A DNA stretch of 47,347 nt from Catajapyx aquilonaris. Taxonomy: Eukaryota. The stretch lies in NCBI GenBank assembly GCA_000934665.2, contig KZ538791.1, positions 1 to 47,347 on the forward strand, given 5' to 3'. Below are positions 23,101 to 33,020 of the stretch, in pieces (position 1 is the first letter of the stretch; every line of letters begins with the position of its first letter). The translations under genes and the position numbers were made by a program. Below the pieces are notes generated by a model that did no database searches, was not told the origin of the DNA, and was given only the letters and a program-made list of their open reading frames with translations.

Positions 23101-24491
23101 TTGAAACACTCAATTTCGCCACACCAAGTTTTTGGGCTATAATTTTGCCTGCTCTATTGGACCATCACATGGGCAATACGTTGAGCGTGTGTCAACCTCT
23201 TCCTCTTCCCCGACATTTTAAAACTGGACTGAACAGGGAACTAAACTTGAAGGCAGGGCACCTACGAATCACGAGCCACAATCTTCTTGGCCCTCCCACA
23301 AGCCGTCTCTCTGTTTTCTAACCAAAAATTGTCCCCTTGAACCAATATCTTCAAACCCATGGGCTGATATCAATTCCAGCAATTATGAGACAGTATGGGG
23401 TCAGATGGTCCAGAAAGGGTTACCGCGAGGCCTCCTGGGAGGGCCGAGAGTGAACCCGGCTGTAGTTTCTATTTTTGTGACTTGCAGGAGATAATGTGAA
23501 CCTTTTGATTTCCGTTATGAACAGAGATTTGATCTGAAGGGAGCCAAGAATCCCTTCCGTTTCCGTGATGGGCAGGTTCCGTAATATCCGGCAAAAAACA
23601 CATTGCATGCCCTATGCATACGCCTCTTCCCAGAACAATTCCGCAATAGATAAGTTTCCGCTATACCCAGGGTCCGTAATGAGCAGGTTTCACTGTATAA
23701 TGTTCAGCCAGAGTACTTTCTTCATGTCTACTAGTCATCCATATATTCTTCGACAATTTACACATATTCGACAATTTGCATCATATCCGTATTGTACTGT
23801 ACTATGGCATGCCACAAGTATTCTGGAGGATAATGTACACAATGCATTGTGCAGGTGCTCCTCCCCATTTGGTCGATCCTGTCAGACAGCAAAAATATGT
23901 TGAGATAGGTGATCCACATGCTTGGGATTTAAGATCCTGACTGTGTAGCAACTCCTAAGAGTCCCTGTAGTTCAGTGTAGAATGCTCACTTTTACAAGTC
24001 TGTACTTTGGTTCCATGCCTAGCAGGGCAAGACTTTGAAGAACAGCTACAGTTCATTATTAACTCTTGAAAAACGTCACCACCATGATGTGAGTAGTTAT
24101 TGTACAACTTCCTTCACAGGCTAAGAAGAGTCCTTACGCTCGGCGTAGATGCAGTGATGAAGAAAGACTGCCCTCAAGCCGAAGTTCATCTCGTAATCGG
24201 CGACCTTCAGAAGTGATCTTAGCATCTGACGAGCGAATCACAGATAGGAAGCTGTTCCGTCCAATCAGCAGTGACTTAGCCAATACCACACCCCCACCCA
24301 CACAGCTCCCTCCAACCATTTCTCAGAATGAGAATGCAAACAATGAAGAACCCATTCAGGCTACGCCCAAAGACATGAATGAGACATCCTTCATGACTGT
24401 GGCACAACAAGCTGACCAGGATGCTTTGAGGGAAGAGCAAGGACTCATGGTGAAAAAAGTGAAACGAAAAGGAGCTGTGGAGACTGTGTAG
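8066..24491 (+). CDS. CLEC16A: CLEC16A / ema (endosomal maturation defective) orthologue, FPL-domain endolysosomal/mitophagy regulator; 15 coding exons, ~1095 aa
   Basis: Manually spliced join(8066-8139,9872-10000,10089-10222,10277-10425,10489-10718,10786-11143,11579-11801,11857-12084,12290-12412,12467-12621,16241-16541,16600-17049,20758-20946,21006-21178,24120-24491) = 3288 nt. All introns are GT-AG and phases are consistent. The peptide carries CLEC16A hallmarks: [123 protein letters not shown]. Confidence 0.95.
9600..9767. mobile_element. 168-bp pogo/Tc2-type MITE in CLEC16A intron 1
   Basis: TIRs ccatatttgacagcatataagac / gtcttatatgcagtcaaatatgg (22/23); TA on the left. Confidence 0.8.
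9872..10000 (+). CDS. CLEC16A: CLEC16A coding exon 2 ([12 protein letters not shown]...[15 protein letters not shown])
   Basis: tttccag acceptor, gtgagt donor, conserved peptide. Confidence 0.95.
10089..10222 (+). CDS. CLEC16A: CLEC16A coding exon 3 (FFLEKNML...[10 protein letters not shown])
   Basis: ttttcag / gtgagt; FPL-domain peptide. Confidence 0.95.
10277..10425 (+). CDS. CLEC16A: CLEC16A coding exon 4 ([22 protein letters not shown]...HFFYNE)
   Basis: ttttcag / gtaaat; conserved peptide. Confidence 0.95.
10489..10718 (+). CDS. CLEC16A: CLEC16A coding exon 5 ([28 protein letters not shown]...)
   Basis: tttccag / gtaagt; contains the FPL motif. Confidence 0.95.
10786..11143 (+). CDS. 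CLEC16A: CLEC16A coding exon 6 ([19 protein letters not shown]...)
   Basis: atttcag / gtacat; conserved peptide. Confidence 0.93.
11579..11801 (+). CDS. CLEC16A: CLEC16A coding exon 7 (internal low-conservation/disordered region)
   Basis: tcttcag / gtagat; phase-compatible with neighbours; [12 protein letters not shown] motif. Confidence 0.85.
11857..12084 (+). CDS. CLEC16A: CLEC16A coding exon 8 ([10 protein letters not shown]...[29 protein letters not shown])
   Basis: attttag / gtatcc; conserved peptide. Confidence 0.92.
12290..12412 (+). CDS. CLEC16A: CLEC16A coding exon 9
   Basis: attttag / gtatgt; [13 protein letters not shown]...[10 protein letters not shown]. Confidence 0.9.
12467..12621 (+). 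CDS. CLEC16A: CLEC16A coding exon 10 ([17 protein letters not shown]...[21 protein letters not shown])
   Basis: ttcgcag / gtgagt; conserved peptide, not captured by the ORF track. Confidence 0.93.
12691..15106. mobile_element. piggyBac-like non-autonomous element nested in the Tigger shell
   Basis: TTAA + ccctttatct ... agatagaggg + TAAA (degenerate TTAA); removing it rejoins the host's subterminal motif array. Confidence 0.5.
13247..13698 (-). mobile_element. tRNA-derived SINE, copy 2 (tRNA-Ser(GCT)-like head), with 12-bp TSD
   Basis: TSD gattctatcaat at 13235-13246 and 13699-13710; head ggttaaggcatccgactgctaattggg..ggttcgagt; same core as copy 1. Confidence 0.9.
15445..15807 (-). mobile_element. 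tRNA-derived SINE, copy 3 (different head, module B + tail), with 14-bp TSD
   Basis: TSD ggaacctcccatta at 15431-15444 and 15808-15821; A box tggccgtgatgg, B box ggttcgatccc; shares gagggtctctgacc.gcacc module with copy 2. Confidence 0.85.
16241..16541 (+). CDS. CLEC16A: CLEC16A coding exon 11 ([13 protein letters not shown]...[10 protein letters not shown]...RLPCGEVER)
   Basis: atttcag / gtaagt; conserved peptide. Confidence 0.95.
16600..17049 (+). CDS. CLEC16A: CLEC16A coding exon 12 (NSDLLACTV...[14 protein letters not shown]...)
   Basis: atttcag acceptor. The donor AAA|gtacta is weak but is the phase-compatible one for exon 13. The frame stays open to TAA at 17070-17072. Confidence 0.88.
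20758..20946 (+). CDS. CLEC16A: CLEC16A coding exon 13 ([14 protein letters not shown])
   Basis: ttttgtag / gtgagt; open frame, Ser-rich. Confidence 0.82.
21006..21178 (+). CDS. CLEC16A: CLEC16A coding exon 14 ([21 protein letters not shown])
   Basis: gatacag / gtgaga; phase-compatible; follows a 59-nt intron. Confidence 0.82.
21766..23695 (-). mobile_element. Degenerate pogo/Tigger transposon with transposase remnant (CLEC16A intron 14)
   Basis: TA-flanked TIRs cagtgaaaacct / aggtttcactg. Minus-strand remnant [34 protein letters not shown] and [14 protein letters not shown] (CENP-B HTH and start of DDE domain), with stops and frameshifts. Confidence 0.85.
21854..22753 (+). mobile_element. 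5'-truncated LINE (RTEX-like ORF2 C-terminus) nested in the Tigger element, 9-bp TSD
   Basis: TSD atattcaga at 21845-21853 and 22754-22762. Remnant [23 protein letters not shown]..., CCHC finger remnant [19 protein letters not shown], (TAAA)-type tail. Clade assignment is from motif recall. Confidence 0.8.
24120..24491 (+). CDS. CLEC16A: CLEC16A terminal coding exon 15 (...KRKGAVETV*)
   Basis: ccttcacag acceptor, phase 0, open for 123 codons to TAG; AATAAA at 24619-24624. Confidence 0.82.
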   Translation, partial: AKKSPYARRRCSDEERLPSSRSSSRNRRPSEVILASDERITDRKLFRPISSDLANTTPPPTQLPPTISQNENANNEEPIQATPKDMNETSFMTVAQQADQDALREEQGLMVKKVKRKGAVETV

Positions 24492-24750
24492 GGACCTTTT
24501 GTAAAGTGCCACAATAGAAAAATGATTGTATGTTGTGCAAAATTGCTTTGTAAATAATGAGGCAATAGAAAATCCGTCTCATAGAGCCAGTACCTGCCAC
24601 AACAAAAATTTCCCGCATAATAAATATCCTGTCACGAAGGATATGTGGAAAACAAATGTATTATATTGTAGAATGAAGGTGGATATATCCATTTTGCAGT
24701 TTTCCTCACCAGCAACTCCTTTTGGCTGATTTCAGGATATTGGTAGCCAC

Positions 24751-25121
24751 CAGCCCACGGACACTTATACTACGTTCTGGCGTTATCACCTGCCGAGGAA
24801 TTTTGCATCGGGCGCTCACCTGAGAGCGCCATGAGACATTTCGAGGCCACGATAAGTGGCGACCCTACCGGACTATAGGCTGAACTTTATAGGTAAGAAA
24901 GGGGAGGGCTACATACTGGCCCAACATGGCCGCCGGCGGCCATGTTGGGCCCCCCAATGTAGCCCTCCCCTTCGTATCTATAAAGTTCAGCCTATAGTCC
25001 GGTAGGGTCGCCACTTATTGTGGCCTCGAAATGTCTCATGGCGCTCTCAGGTGAGCGCCCGATGCAAAACGCCCCGGCAGGGGGCGGGTGGGAGTGACCA
25101 GACCTTACTTATATGACCGTG
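24751..25121. mobile_element. Palindromic MITE downstream of the CLEC16A stop codon
   Basis: 92-bp arms at 24801-24892 / 24978-25069 (1 mismatch), a 16-bp inner stem and a perfect 34-bp central palindrome at 24918-24951. CA..TG termini; candidate 8-bp TSD gtagccac (24743-24750, 25122-25129). Confidence 0.85.
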
Positions 25122-25324
25122 GTAGCCACTAATAGTGGTATCAGAACTTAGTTATGACACCACAATGGCTTTCAATAATACATCTGCAATGCAACTAATA
25201 TTAAGGATGCAATCATGAGAACTGTGTCAGTTAAAGTTACTTGAATGGCATTTCTGCTATAAATGTGGTGAAGGATAAAGACGGAGATTACCCTTTTTAC
25301 CCCATCATGGGGGCAGTATAGCGT

Positions 25325-25753
25325 CTAATAGGCTGTTTTCACTACCCGCGTCGTGCAGCGATTTCGTGCCACGTGCAATCTTCGTTTGGAAAGAGGTAGT
25401 CGTTTTGAATACACCCTCCGGTGCCAGGTGACGGCAGTGATCCTCGCTTCGGGCATTTGTGACTAGTCAGGAGGGCGGGGAATTTTGGATGGTGGGGTGG
25501 AAATTGGGCTTTTGAGTGGTGGTGTGGAGGTTGGGGTGGCTGGGGGCTGCTCCACGCGGATATCGTACGCGGATGGCGCGAAAAATATGTCTTGACTGCC
25601 TTTCCATGTGGCCTTCTTGCGCCGTTCACGCACACACCAGGCCCCCTAGAACCCCGCGTCTACGTCCAATGGGAGGGAATGGCACGAGAAAATAATGCTA
25701 TTTTAACTGCGCGGGGTTCGTGCCACGATGGGGGCAGTGAAAACCGCTATTAG
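25325..25753. mobile_element. MITE with ~30-bp imperfect TIRs
   Basis: ctaataggctgttttcactacccgcgtcgtg vs cacgatgggggcagtgaaaaccgctattag; CpG-rich interior. Confidence 0.65.
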
Positions 25754-26388
25754 TGGTTGTTATATTCCATGGATCCAAACCAAGGAAAGGCCTTGAAATT
25801 ATGCCTGCATGGCTCACCAACCAGTGGGAGGCCACCCGACTGCCAAGTCATCTCTGTTGTCTGGAGGTCAGGGTGTGGTATGTATCAAACAACTCAGGGA
25901 AACTGATGGGAAAAGCCAGCCTGTCAATAATTGAATTGGGTGTGTGTGGTGCTGGATTCTGCCAGGTCACTATCAGGACCCTAAGGATTTGGTGATCCCA
26001 GGGCAGAACTGTGTTCTTCCCTGCTTTTCCCAACCCCTCTCTCAAGCCCTGAGATGTTCCTGGCAGCAAACACCAGTGACATGACTATTCTAACAATCAT
26101 GCTGCAGTTCTTGGTGAAGTAGAATCAAGAAAGAGCTGCCATTCTGGTGGCTTAGATTGCTCCATAAGCAACTGTATGTTAGCATGGCTCCCTTACAGTT
26201 AGAGACGGTCCTCCCACTACCATGTTACCCTGTGTTCTACAGAATGGCAGTATGAAACAATGTCCACCACAGGGCCAGTATACCCAGGGGAAACAGGTGG
26301 TATGTATATAAATTGGTATCATTTTTGAATTTTCTTATTCCTTTCATTTCCAGGCTTTTTATACACTGGTATACTTGCAAATCTTTTA

Positions 26389-26939
26389 ATAGGTCTATAC
26401 AAAAGTTCGTGCAGTTGCTTGGAAGAATATAAAATCTGTAGAACTTGATTGCAAAACATACTGTATTTATCAAAATGTCGACCATTACATTCAACGATGG
26501 GGCAGCAGATGAATGCCCTGGTGGTAAAGGTTTCTGGGCTTTGACTCAAAGAAGTTAACCACCCATTTCTTAACATCAATGAGACTGACGGAAGTGCTTG
26601 CCAGACAAGCCATGTTGCATAGAATGGAACAGGTGGTAATCGGAAGGGGCAATGTCCAGCAAGTGCACTGGGTGCAGTATTTAGCACCTCTCATTCCAGC
26701 TCCAGCTACTTCTTTTTTGTCAGACTCGCCCTGGTTAAAATAAAGTCTTGTGAGGGTTCATCTCGAAATGAGGGGAAAAAAGTTGCTGATATAGCAAATT
26801 TTTAAAAATTATCCTGATGGAAGACTTGCACATGTTTTGTTGAGTCATGCAGCCTCCAACAAAACACATGCTGGTGTCAGATTTCTTCAGTTATTTACCA
26901 CGTAAAGTCAACCGCACAAACTTTTGCATATAGACCCAA
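26389..26939 (-). mobile_element. Internally deleted mariner transposon
   Basis: TA-flanked TIRs ataggtctatacaaaagttcgtgcagtt / aaccgcacaaacttttgcatatagacccaa. Minus-strand remnant LDIAPSDYHLFHSMQHGLSGKHF (YSPDLAPSD motif region) and VKKWVVNFFESKPRNLYHQGIHLLPHR. Confidence 0.88.
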
Positions 26940-26955
26940 TATTTTGTGCAGATAC

Positions 26956-27060
26956 TAGGGTTGTTACAGGTGGGCCCACCTTTGAAAACCCACTAAAAAA
27001 CCCACCTTACATAAAACCCACTCAAAAGTAAAAATCCACCTTGGCTTTTTCAGTTTTTCA
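26956..27060. mobile_element. Possible hAT-type element left end
   Basis: tagggttg terminus followed by repeated aaa(a)cccac subterminal motifs; matching right end not identified. Confidence 0.3.
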
Positions 27061-28532
27061 TCCTAATGTTGAAATTTTTTAAAGTATTCGACACACTGAC
27101 ACCGTCCACAACACAACTCCAACTCGTCAACTCCCACTCTCCCAGTCTGGCAGTCACCCATCCAAGATCCAAGTGAAGCAGTGAGAACCAGAAGTTGTTA
27201 AGTCCATTTTTGCCATTTTTCAGGAGAGCAGTTTGAAAGTTTCAAATAATGTTTTACGTACCTTTCGTTGACATTAGAGTCTCGGTAATTTTTCTGTGGT
27301 ATCACTACTATTGTAAGTTAATGTAATGTAAATATGGAGTATCTAGTGCCTACACTATAGGCGAAGAAGAAAAAATCCGTCTTGGACTTAGCAACTTCTG
27401 GCTTGTACAAATTTTAATTTTAATTTTTTAACCACTTAAATGAGGAAATGCAGGGAAATAATATCTACTAAATTAATTTTAGTCCCTTTATTAAGCCTGA
27501 ATGTGATGACAATAATTCTAAACTGATTTTTTATTAAGGCCTTTTTTGGACTTATCAACATCTGGCACGAAATTTTTCTTCAGTGCTAAGAGTATCCCGG
27601 TCTGAAAAGGGGACCTGTAATCATCTGGCTCGGATAAAACATTTTCCTCTGAAAATATGCCTGATAGAGGCCTAGAATTTGCCCTTATCTCAAAATCGCC
27701 AAAAATGGACTTAGCAACTTCTGGTTCTCGCTGCTTCAATTTGCAAATTCTAGCTGCTTCAGTGAGGAATTCCCTCGCATCTTGCACGTGCACATGGCCC
27801 GTTTACCGACATTGCAATTTGTGGAAAAGATGCATAATAGTGTGAATGAAAAATTGAAAGCTGTGGAATTGCAAAAGAGTGACAATCCACTGAGGTACAG
27901 TACATCCTGGGTCAAATATTGCGAATTTACAATATTTCCAACTTCAAAATAATGACTGCATGATTCCAATCTGAATGAGTTTTAATATCAATGTGTATAT
28001 GGTAGGCCTACCGGTAAATGTCCGTCAATTGTTAAAAGTGCATGTTTTTCTTTAAAAATGACATTAGTGAAATCAATAATTGTGCAATTTATTTGCACAG
28101 TGTTACAATGGACAACCTCGTTGATTTTTTCAATATTAATTTCGCAAACAAGGTTCAACTCAAAAAATTAGAACTTCCAATATTATTCCTCCTTCCCAAT
28201 CTCTTCTTGCAATCTCTTTTTTTTTTAATTTAAATCCGCAATATTTTGACCCCTGCATTTCCGATTATTGTCACTCCTACGCAATTCTATAGCTTCCACT
28301 TTTTTATTCACGCTACCTTTTCTACCAGAAATCTTTGTGCCAGGTAGGCCTACTACGTAAGTGTCATACAGGTTTCTCCTACCTTCTTTGTTAGCATTCT
28401 TTTTAGGTAATGTGTAGGCCTATTAATTTTTTAAAAAATGCATTTTTGGGTGAAATATACAGTAAACTGAGAATGGTGATTGGCGGGAGGATGGGAGTGC
28501 GCGGTAAGGGGGAAGTTTTAAAAACAACAATT

Positions 28533-28781
28533 GAAGACCTGATAGCAAAAAGGGCAGATGTCATGAAAAATGCAAATTGCAGATAGCGACGCCAAGTGGT
28601 AGTCAGTAGCAATGCGGAGGTCCCCACAAATTCCATTCCGTGAAAATGGCAGTAGTCTGGTAGAAATAATATAATAATAATAGAATAATATCACCTGGCT
28701 GCATGGGAAGCAGGGAAGTTTTTCTTTGTTTTTTCGAAACTATCCATCATTGACATCTGCCCTTTTTGCTATCAGGTCTTC
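28533..28781. mobile_element. MITE with perfect 31-bp TIRs flanked by AATT
   Basis: aattgaagacctgatagcaaaaagggcagatgtca (28529-28563) is the exact reverse complement of 28751-28785. Confidence 0.8.
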
Positions 28782-28962
28782 AATTTTTTACCATTACTTA
28801 CTTACATGGACGATCGCATAGCATAGCTGACTCGTATACTACTCATTATTTTCCTCTGAAGACATTGTACACAATAGACATTCATACAAGTAGGCCCTAT
28901 AATATACGCAATGTGTCGTGAATATGGATACACTGTGCTACTTAATAAAGGAATCAGTTTAA

Positions 28963-29118
28963 CCCTGTAATGCCCCTTGGATCATATCTGGCACACCATT
29001 TAGTGCAATTTGGCACACTTACAGAAAATATAAAAATGGCAAAAGTTGCAAAAATTGCACTAAATGGTGTGCCAGATATGACCCAGTGGGCATTACTTAG
29101 ATTAGTGGCATTACAGGG
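28963..29118. mobile_element. 156-bp piggyBac-type palindromic MITE
   Basis: TTAA TSD on both sides, ccctgtaatgcc / ggcattacaggg TIRs, internal IR tcatatctggcacaccatttagtgcaattt. Confidence 0.85.
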
Positions 29119-30982
29119 TTAAACTCAATTATCGAGGATTTGGACTAAAAATTGGCACATTCAGCTTTTGACAATATTATTTATGGCTATGTCATTATCT
29201 AGGTGGTATGGATGAGCAGATTTATCAACGTGGTGTTTTTCTCCTTTCGAGACTTCGCCCGTATATTTTATCCCGGTACCAATAAATTGATTGTCCGCCT
29301 CACCGTACTACCTTAATCGATCTATAGAGTGATGGATGATATTAGTGTCGCGCGCCATGTGCTGTACTCTTATCAGGCTAGGGTCAGTTTCAGTTGTCAA
29401 AAACATCTAAAGGTGAAAATGTTCTATGCAGTCAGGCAATAAAATTCATTGAGGATTCAGGACATTTTTATTTCTTTGTATTATGCCACTATATGGATAA
29501 AATATAATAACATTGCCAGTTGTAAAGCATCAGCTTAAATACCGCGTTAGTGTAGTCTAATGCCAAGGGTTAGTACGTTTCATGACTAAAATAATATACC
29601 GTAAGTAATATTAGCCTTATTTCTCGATAAAGTGAGTATACATGCATGTATAGAGAGGCCCTGGACAGTAGTTAATTATTTGCTATTATGGCATTGTAAT
29701 TTATGTTAATGACAGATGCAAGCGAGTAATATTTTGGTCAATGATATACAGTATACTGTAGTTCGATCTGTCTGAGTAACTAGATTGAGGATTAACAGTA
29801 ACATCTGATTGTGCTGGATACGTTAAATAATCAACGCCCTACCAATGTCATATTCTCAGAATTTCCACTCAGCTAAAATGCCATGTTTCATTTCAAGCAT
29901 GCATCGAGCTCAATTACACGTATTGCAACTATATCACGGCCAAAGATACAAAAAAATATGTCACAGAGAGCCTGGAAAAATATTAAGGATACGAAACTTT
30001 CGTGCAGTCGATATCATCACATCTCCGCTTCCATGTACTATTTTAAACAAGCTATTATATTGCAGGTGTCCTTCAATGTAATACTGTATCACATTCTCAA
30101 TAATCCAATAGCACCTAGTTTATAGGGTAGATTGTTTGGGTGCAGTATTACTTCCACACTTTATTGACCAGTTTCACAACCGATACACAAGATTGGAAGT
30201 CGGACATTAATCACGGTTCACAGAATGATATATACACCATTATCAGATAAATATTCCGGCAGTGGTGAAGGTCAATATCACCGGTGTTTTTTAAACACTG
30301 ACGTAGATCCTTCGGACGCATCAAGACAACACAAAGCGCCATAAGATTAGTCACCGACTGCTGTTTGCGACATCGTGGCACGTCCGAATTCACCTCTACT
30401 AAGTTAATGCCCGCGATCTGCATCTTTCTGTCATAATAACACCTATGGCACGCAATATATGTCGGAGTGAACGCGATTGGCTGCACACATGTCGTAACGT
30501 GGGTCGGATGAAATATTCAGACTTGAAATGAGTATAGTTTATCTCGCATTCGTGACTCATAAAATAATCCAAGATGCAATCAGATCACAGTGTATAGAAG
30601 GTTTGTGGTGGAGTATTAAAGGAAAATCAAACAAAGTCAAAGTCAACCACGTCACACCTATAACTGAACCAATATTATGTGGCAGTCCTGACCCACTGCC
30701 TCATTATATACAGTTAGGCAGCTTTCTCGTTTCAGACCCATCGTTTCAGTGTGCAACAGAGTTCAGTGGAGATATTGTATTTTGCTTACAGACTTCTTCC
30801 ATCAGGTTTGGAGTTGTCAAAACCTGGTTGTATAACAATCCAGGAATTTAATTTAGTAAATTGCAACGTGCCATATTGAAACATTACGTGAACACTTCAC
30901 AAACACCTCGCCAACAACCAGAACCTTCATTATACAGGTACTGTGGGTCATAAACCCCACATATTAGAAACTTCCAAAAGAA

Positions 30983-31256
30983 TTATCTTTTGTCTTTGAG
31001 CCTACTTGGGGACAACAAAAGTTCAACACTTTCTGTTACCGGAGGACGAGGCTCCGGTTCAGTTGGGGTCGGGGGTGTCACATTTACTTCCGGACTCTCA
31101 GAAAGTGACAAAGAAGACGGTACATCCAACACCTGACTTTTAGGAATCTTCTGAGGTCCAGTGGAACATTCGGGACCGATTGATTCCAGTCCATCTTCTT
31201 GGCCTTCAGCCTCAGTCTTCGACGCCAATGTTATCCGCCGAGGTGCTTTTTCCGTG
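30983..31256 (-). CDS. Two-TM protein exon 3 (cytoplasmic Pro/Ser-rich tail, ...SRLKDKR*)
   Basis: tttgtttgcag acceptor; open to TAA. Confidence 0.72.
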
Positions 31257-32343
31257 CTGCAAACAAAAGATTGGCAGAACCATTACTATGAAGTATGCCA
31301 CACATGATGCATTAACACTACCTAGGGTCGGTATAGAGCGAGAAACCGGGACGCAGGTGTCCGAACACTATCGATTATCTTAATAACAGAACAGTGTAAA
31401 TAACAGCCAGTTGTTCTCGAGAAACGCATACTTGTTGACGTAGCAACAGTTGACATGAAGGCTTTTTAGAGTGATGCATATCGTAAATGTTTTTTTTTTG
31501 TAAGGGCGTATTTAATTTTAAGCTATCGCATGGAGGTAAAAATAGGCGTTCGTGCTTTAAGCTACATGCATTGACCACTCAACCACGTTATGAAGTGTTT
31601 CTAGTAACGCTGAGTGTTAGGTATGCAATAAATTTTCTATTTAATATTCTTCTTGAAGCCAATTTGATTTGGCAGTTTACCTTGTATAAGCAGTATATCC
31701 GTAATTGAGAAGGTCAGGGTCAATGTGTCTTTTCAGTTCGTCTTCATCTTCACCCCCGATGCGACGAAGAATCCTTTTTCTTCTTATGCACACTTCGATA
31801 GACAGGAGCAGAACCAAAACACCACAACCAATCACAACAGGTCCGATTAACCGGAGTGGATTAGGAGCTGAAATGGACATTACATCATTTCAGGAGATTA
31901 GAGCATCTGATTTGGTCATATCCCATCCATTCGCACATTCGATCAGCTTGTTACGAAATCCTTTCCCTAACGCAAATATAGTTCAAAGCAATTCATTTAT
32001 ACCACTCATTTGACCATGTTTACATATCCGCATCGAGTACACACCAAAATGATGAATGCAAAACATGTTCATCGCTTGTAAAACATTTGGACATGAAAAC
32101 AGCAGTGTTCTTACCGGCCACCACCATGTATCCCAACGTCGTCAGTCCACCCCCCAGGCCACTCAGCAAAAGCCCACTGAGCACTACACAGGTGATGACC
32201 CGCCTGTCAGCCAAATATCGACGTCGAAGACTCATCTCGCGTTGAAACCAGGGCTTTTTCAATTCCTTGTCCAATAGGAGACGAGGATTTTTCTGGATTC
32301 GTAAGCGACGGAGCTTCTCTTTATACAAAAGATATCCTTGCAT
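30983..32343 (-). CDS. Uncharacterised two-TM hairpin membrane protein (~229 aa), TMEM200/PIRT-like topology
   Basis: complement(join(30983-31256,31681-31867,32115-32343)) = 690 nt. Donors gtaaga and gtaaac, acceptors tttcag and ttgcag, phases consistent. TM1 VITCVVLSGLLLSGLGGGLTTLGYMVVA, short loop APNPLR, TM2 LIGPVVIGCGVLVLLLSIEVCI followed by basic RRKR, then a Pro/Ser/Glu-rich tail. An in-frame TAG lies just upstream of the ATG at 32343; an extra 5' coding exon cannot be excluded. Confidence 0.78.
31681..31867 (-). CDS. Two-TM protein exon 2 (TM2 + RRKR)
   Basis: catttcag acceptor; ACAAG|gtaaac donor. Confidence 0.8.
32115..32343 (-). CDS. Two-TM protein exon 1 (MQGYLLYKEKLRR...TM1)
   Basis: ATG at 32343; donor GCCG|gtaaga. 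Confidence 0.72.
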
Positions 32344-32864
32344 TGCCCTTGCCTTCACATCCCTCTAGAAGGCCTGGCATCCGAAAGCATGGGTTGCAGG
32401 CGATTCTTGATTGGTTCTTGTTGTTGATAGATTGTAACATATGCTGAATCGTGACTGGACTATTTTATGTTAGGATAGCACGAAATTGTTCCGTTTTGCT
32501 ACTACCTTGTGAAGAAATCCGTTGGTGTTACCTTTAGAAGTTTCTAGATTGTTGGAAACAATTTTGTTAGTTTTTTGAAGTCGGTTGGATGGTGAAATAG
32601 TTTTCAAAAATGCAGTAGAAGATCAAGACTATTAATGTGTTTCAAGGAAGTCAGAATGCGCTACTGATGTCCTCAGGTGACTGGTAAATGTTGAAGGTGG
32701 TTGGACTGTTGGTATTAACTGGTGGAATGAGCGCAAGCTTTTCAGAAGAGCCCACTCAAAATGTAAATGGTAGGAAACTGTTGTAAACCCAAAAGGGCAA
32801 CCAGGAGAGAAATCCCCGCCACTCTCTCATCTATCCTCAACAATAAACTAATTATTTATTTTGA

Positions 32865-33020
32865 TCCTCCACTTCTTCCTTCTGTTCCTCCTCCTTCTTC
32901 TTCTCTGTCTCTTCTTCCTTCTTCTCCTCCTCTCCCTCTTGCTGCTCCTCTTGGATACACTCCTCCTCCACTTCTTCTTCCTCTTGCTGCTGTTCCCGCC
33001 TTTGCCTCTGCTGCCTCTGG
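32865..33020. repeat. Polypyrimidine low-complexity (CTT/CCT/GCT) tract
   Basis: Degenerate trinucleotide repeats upstream of the two-TM gene. Confidence 0.8.
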
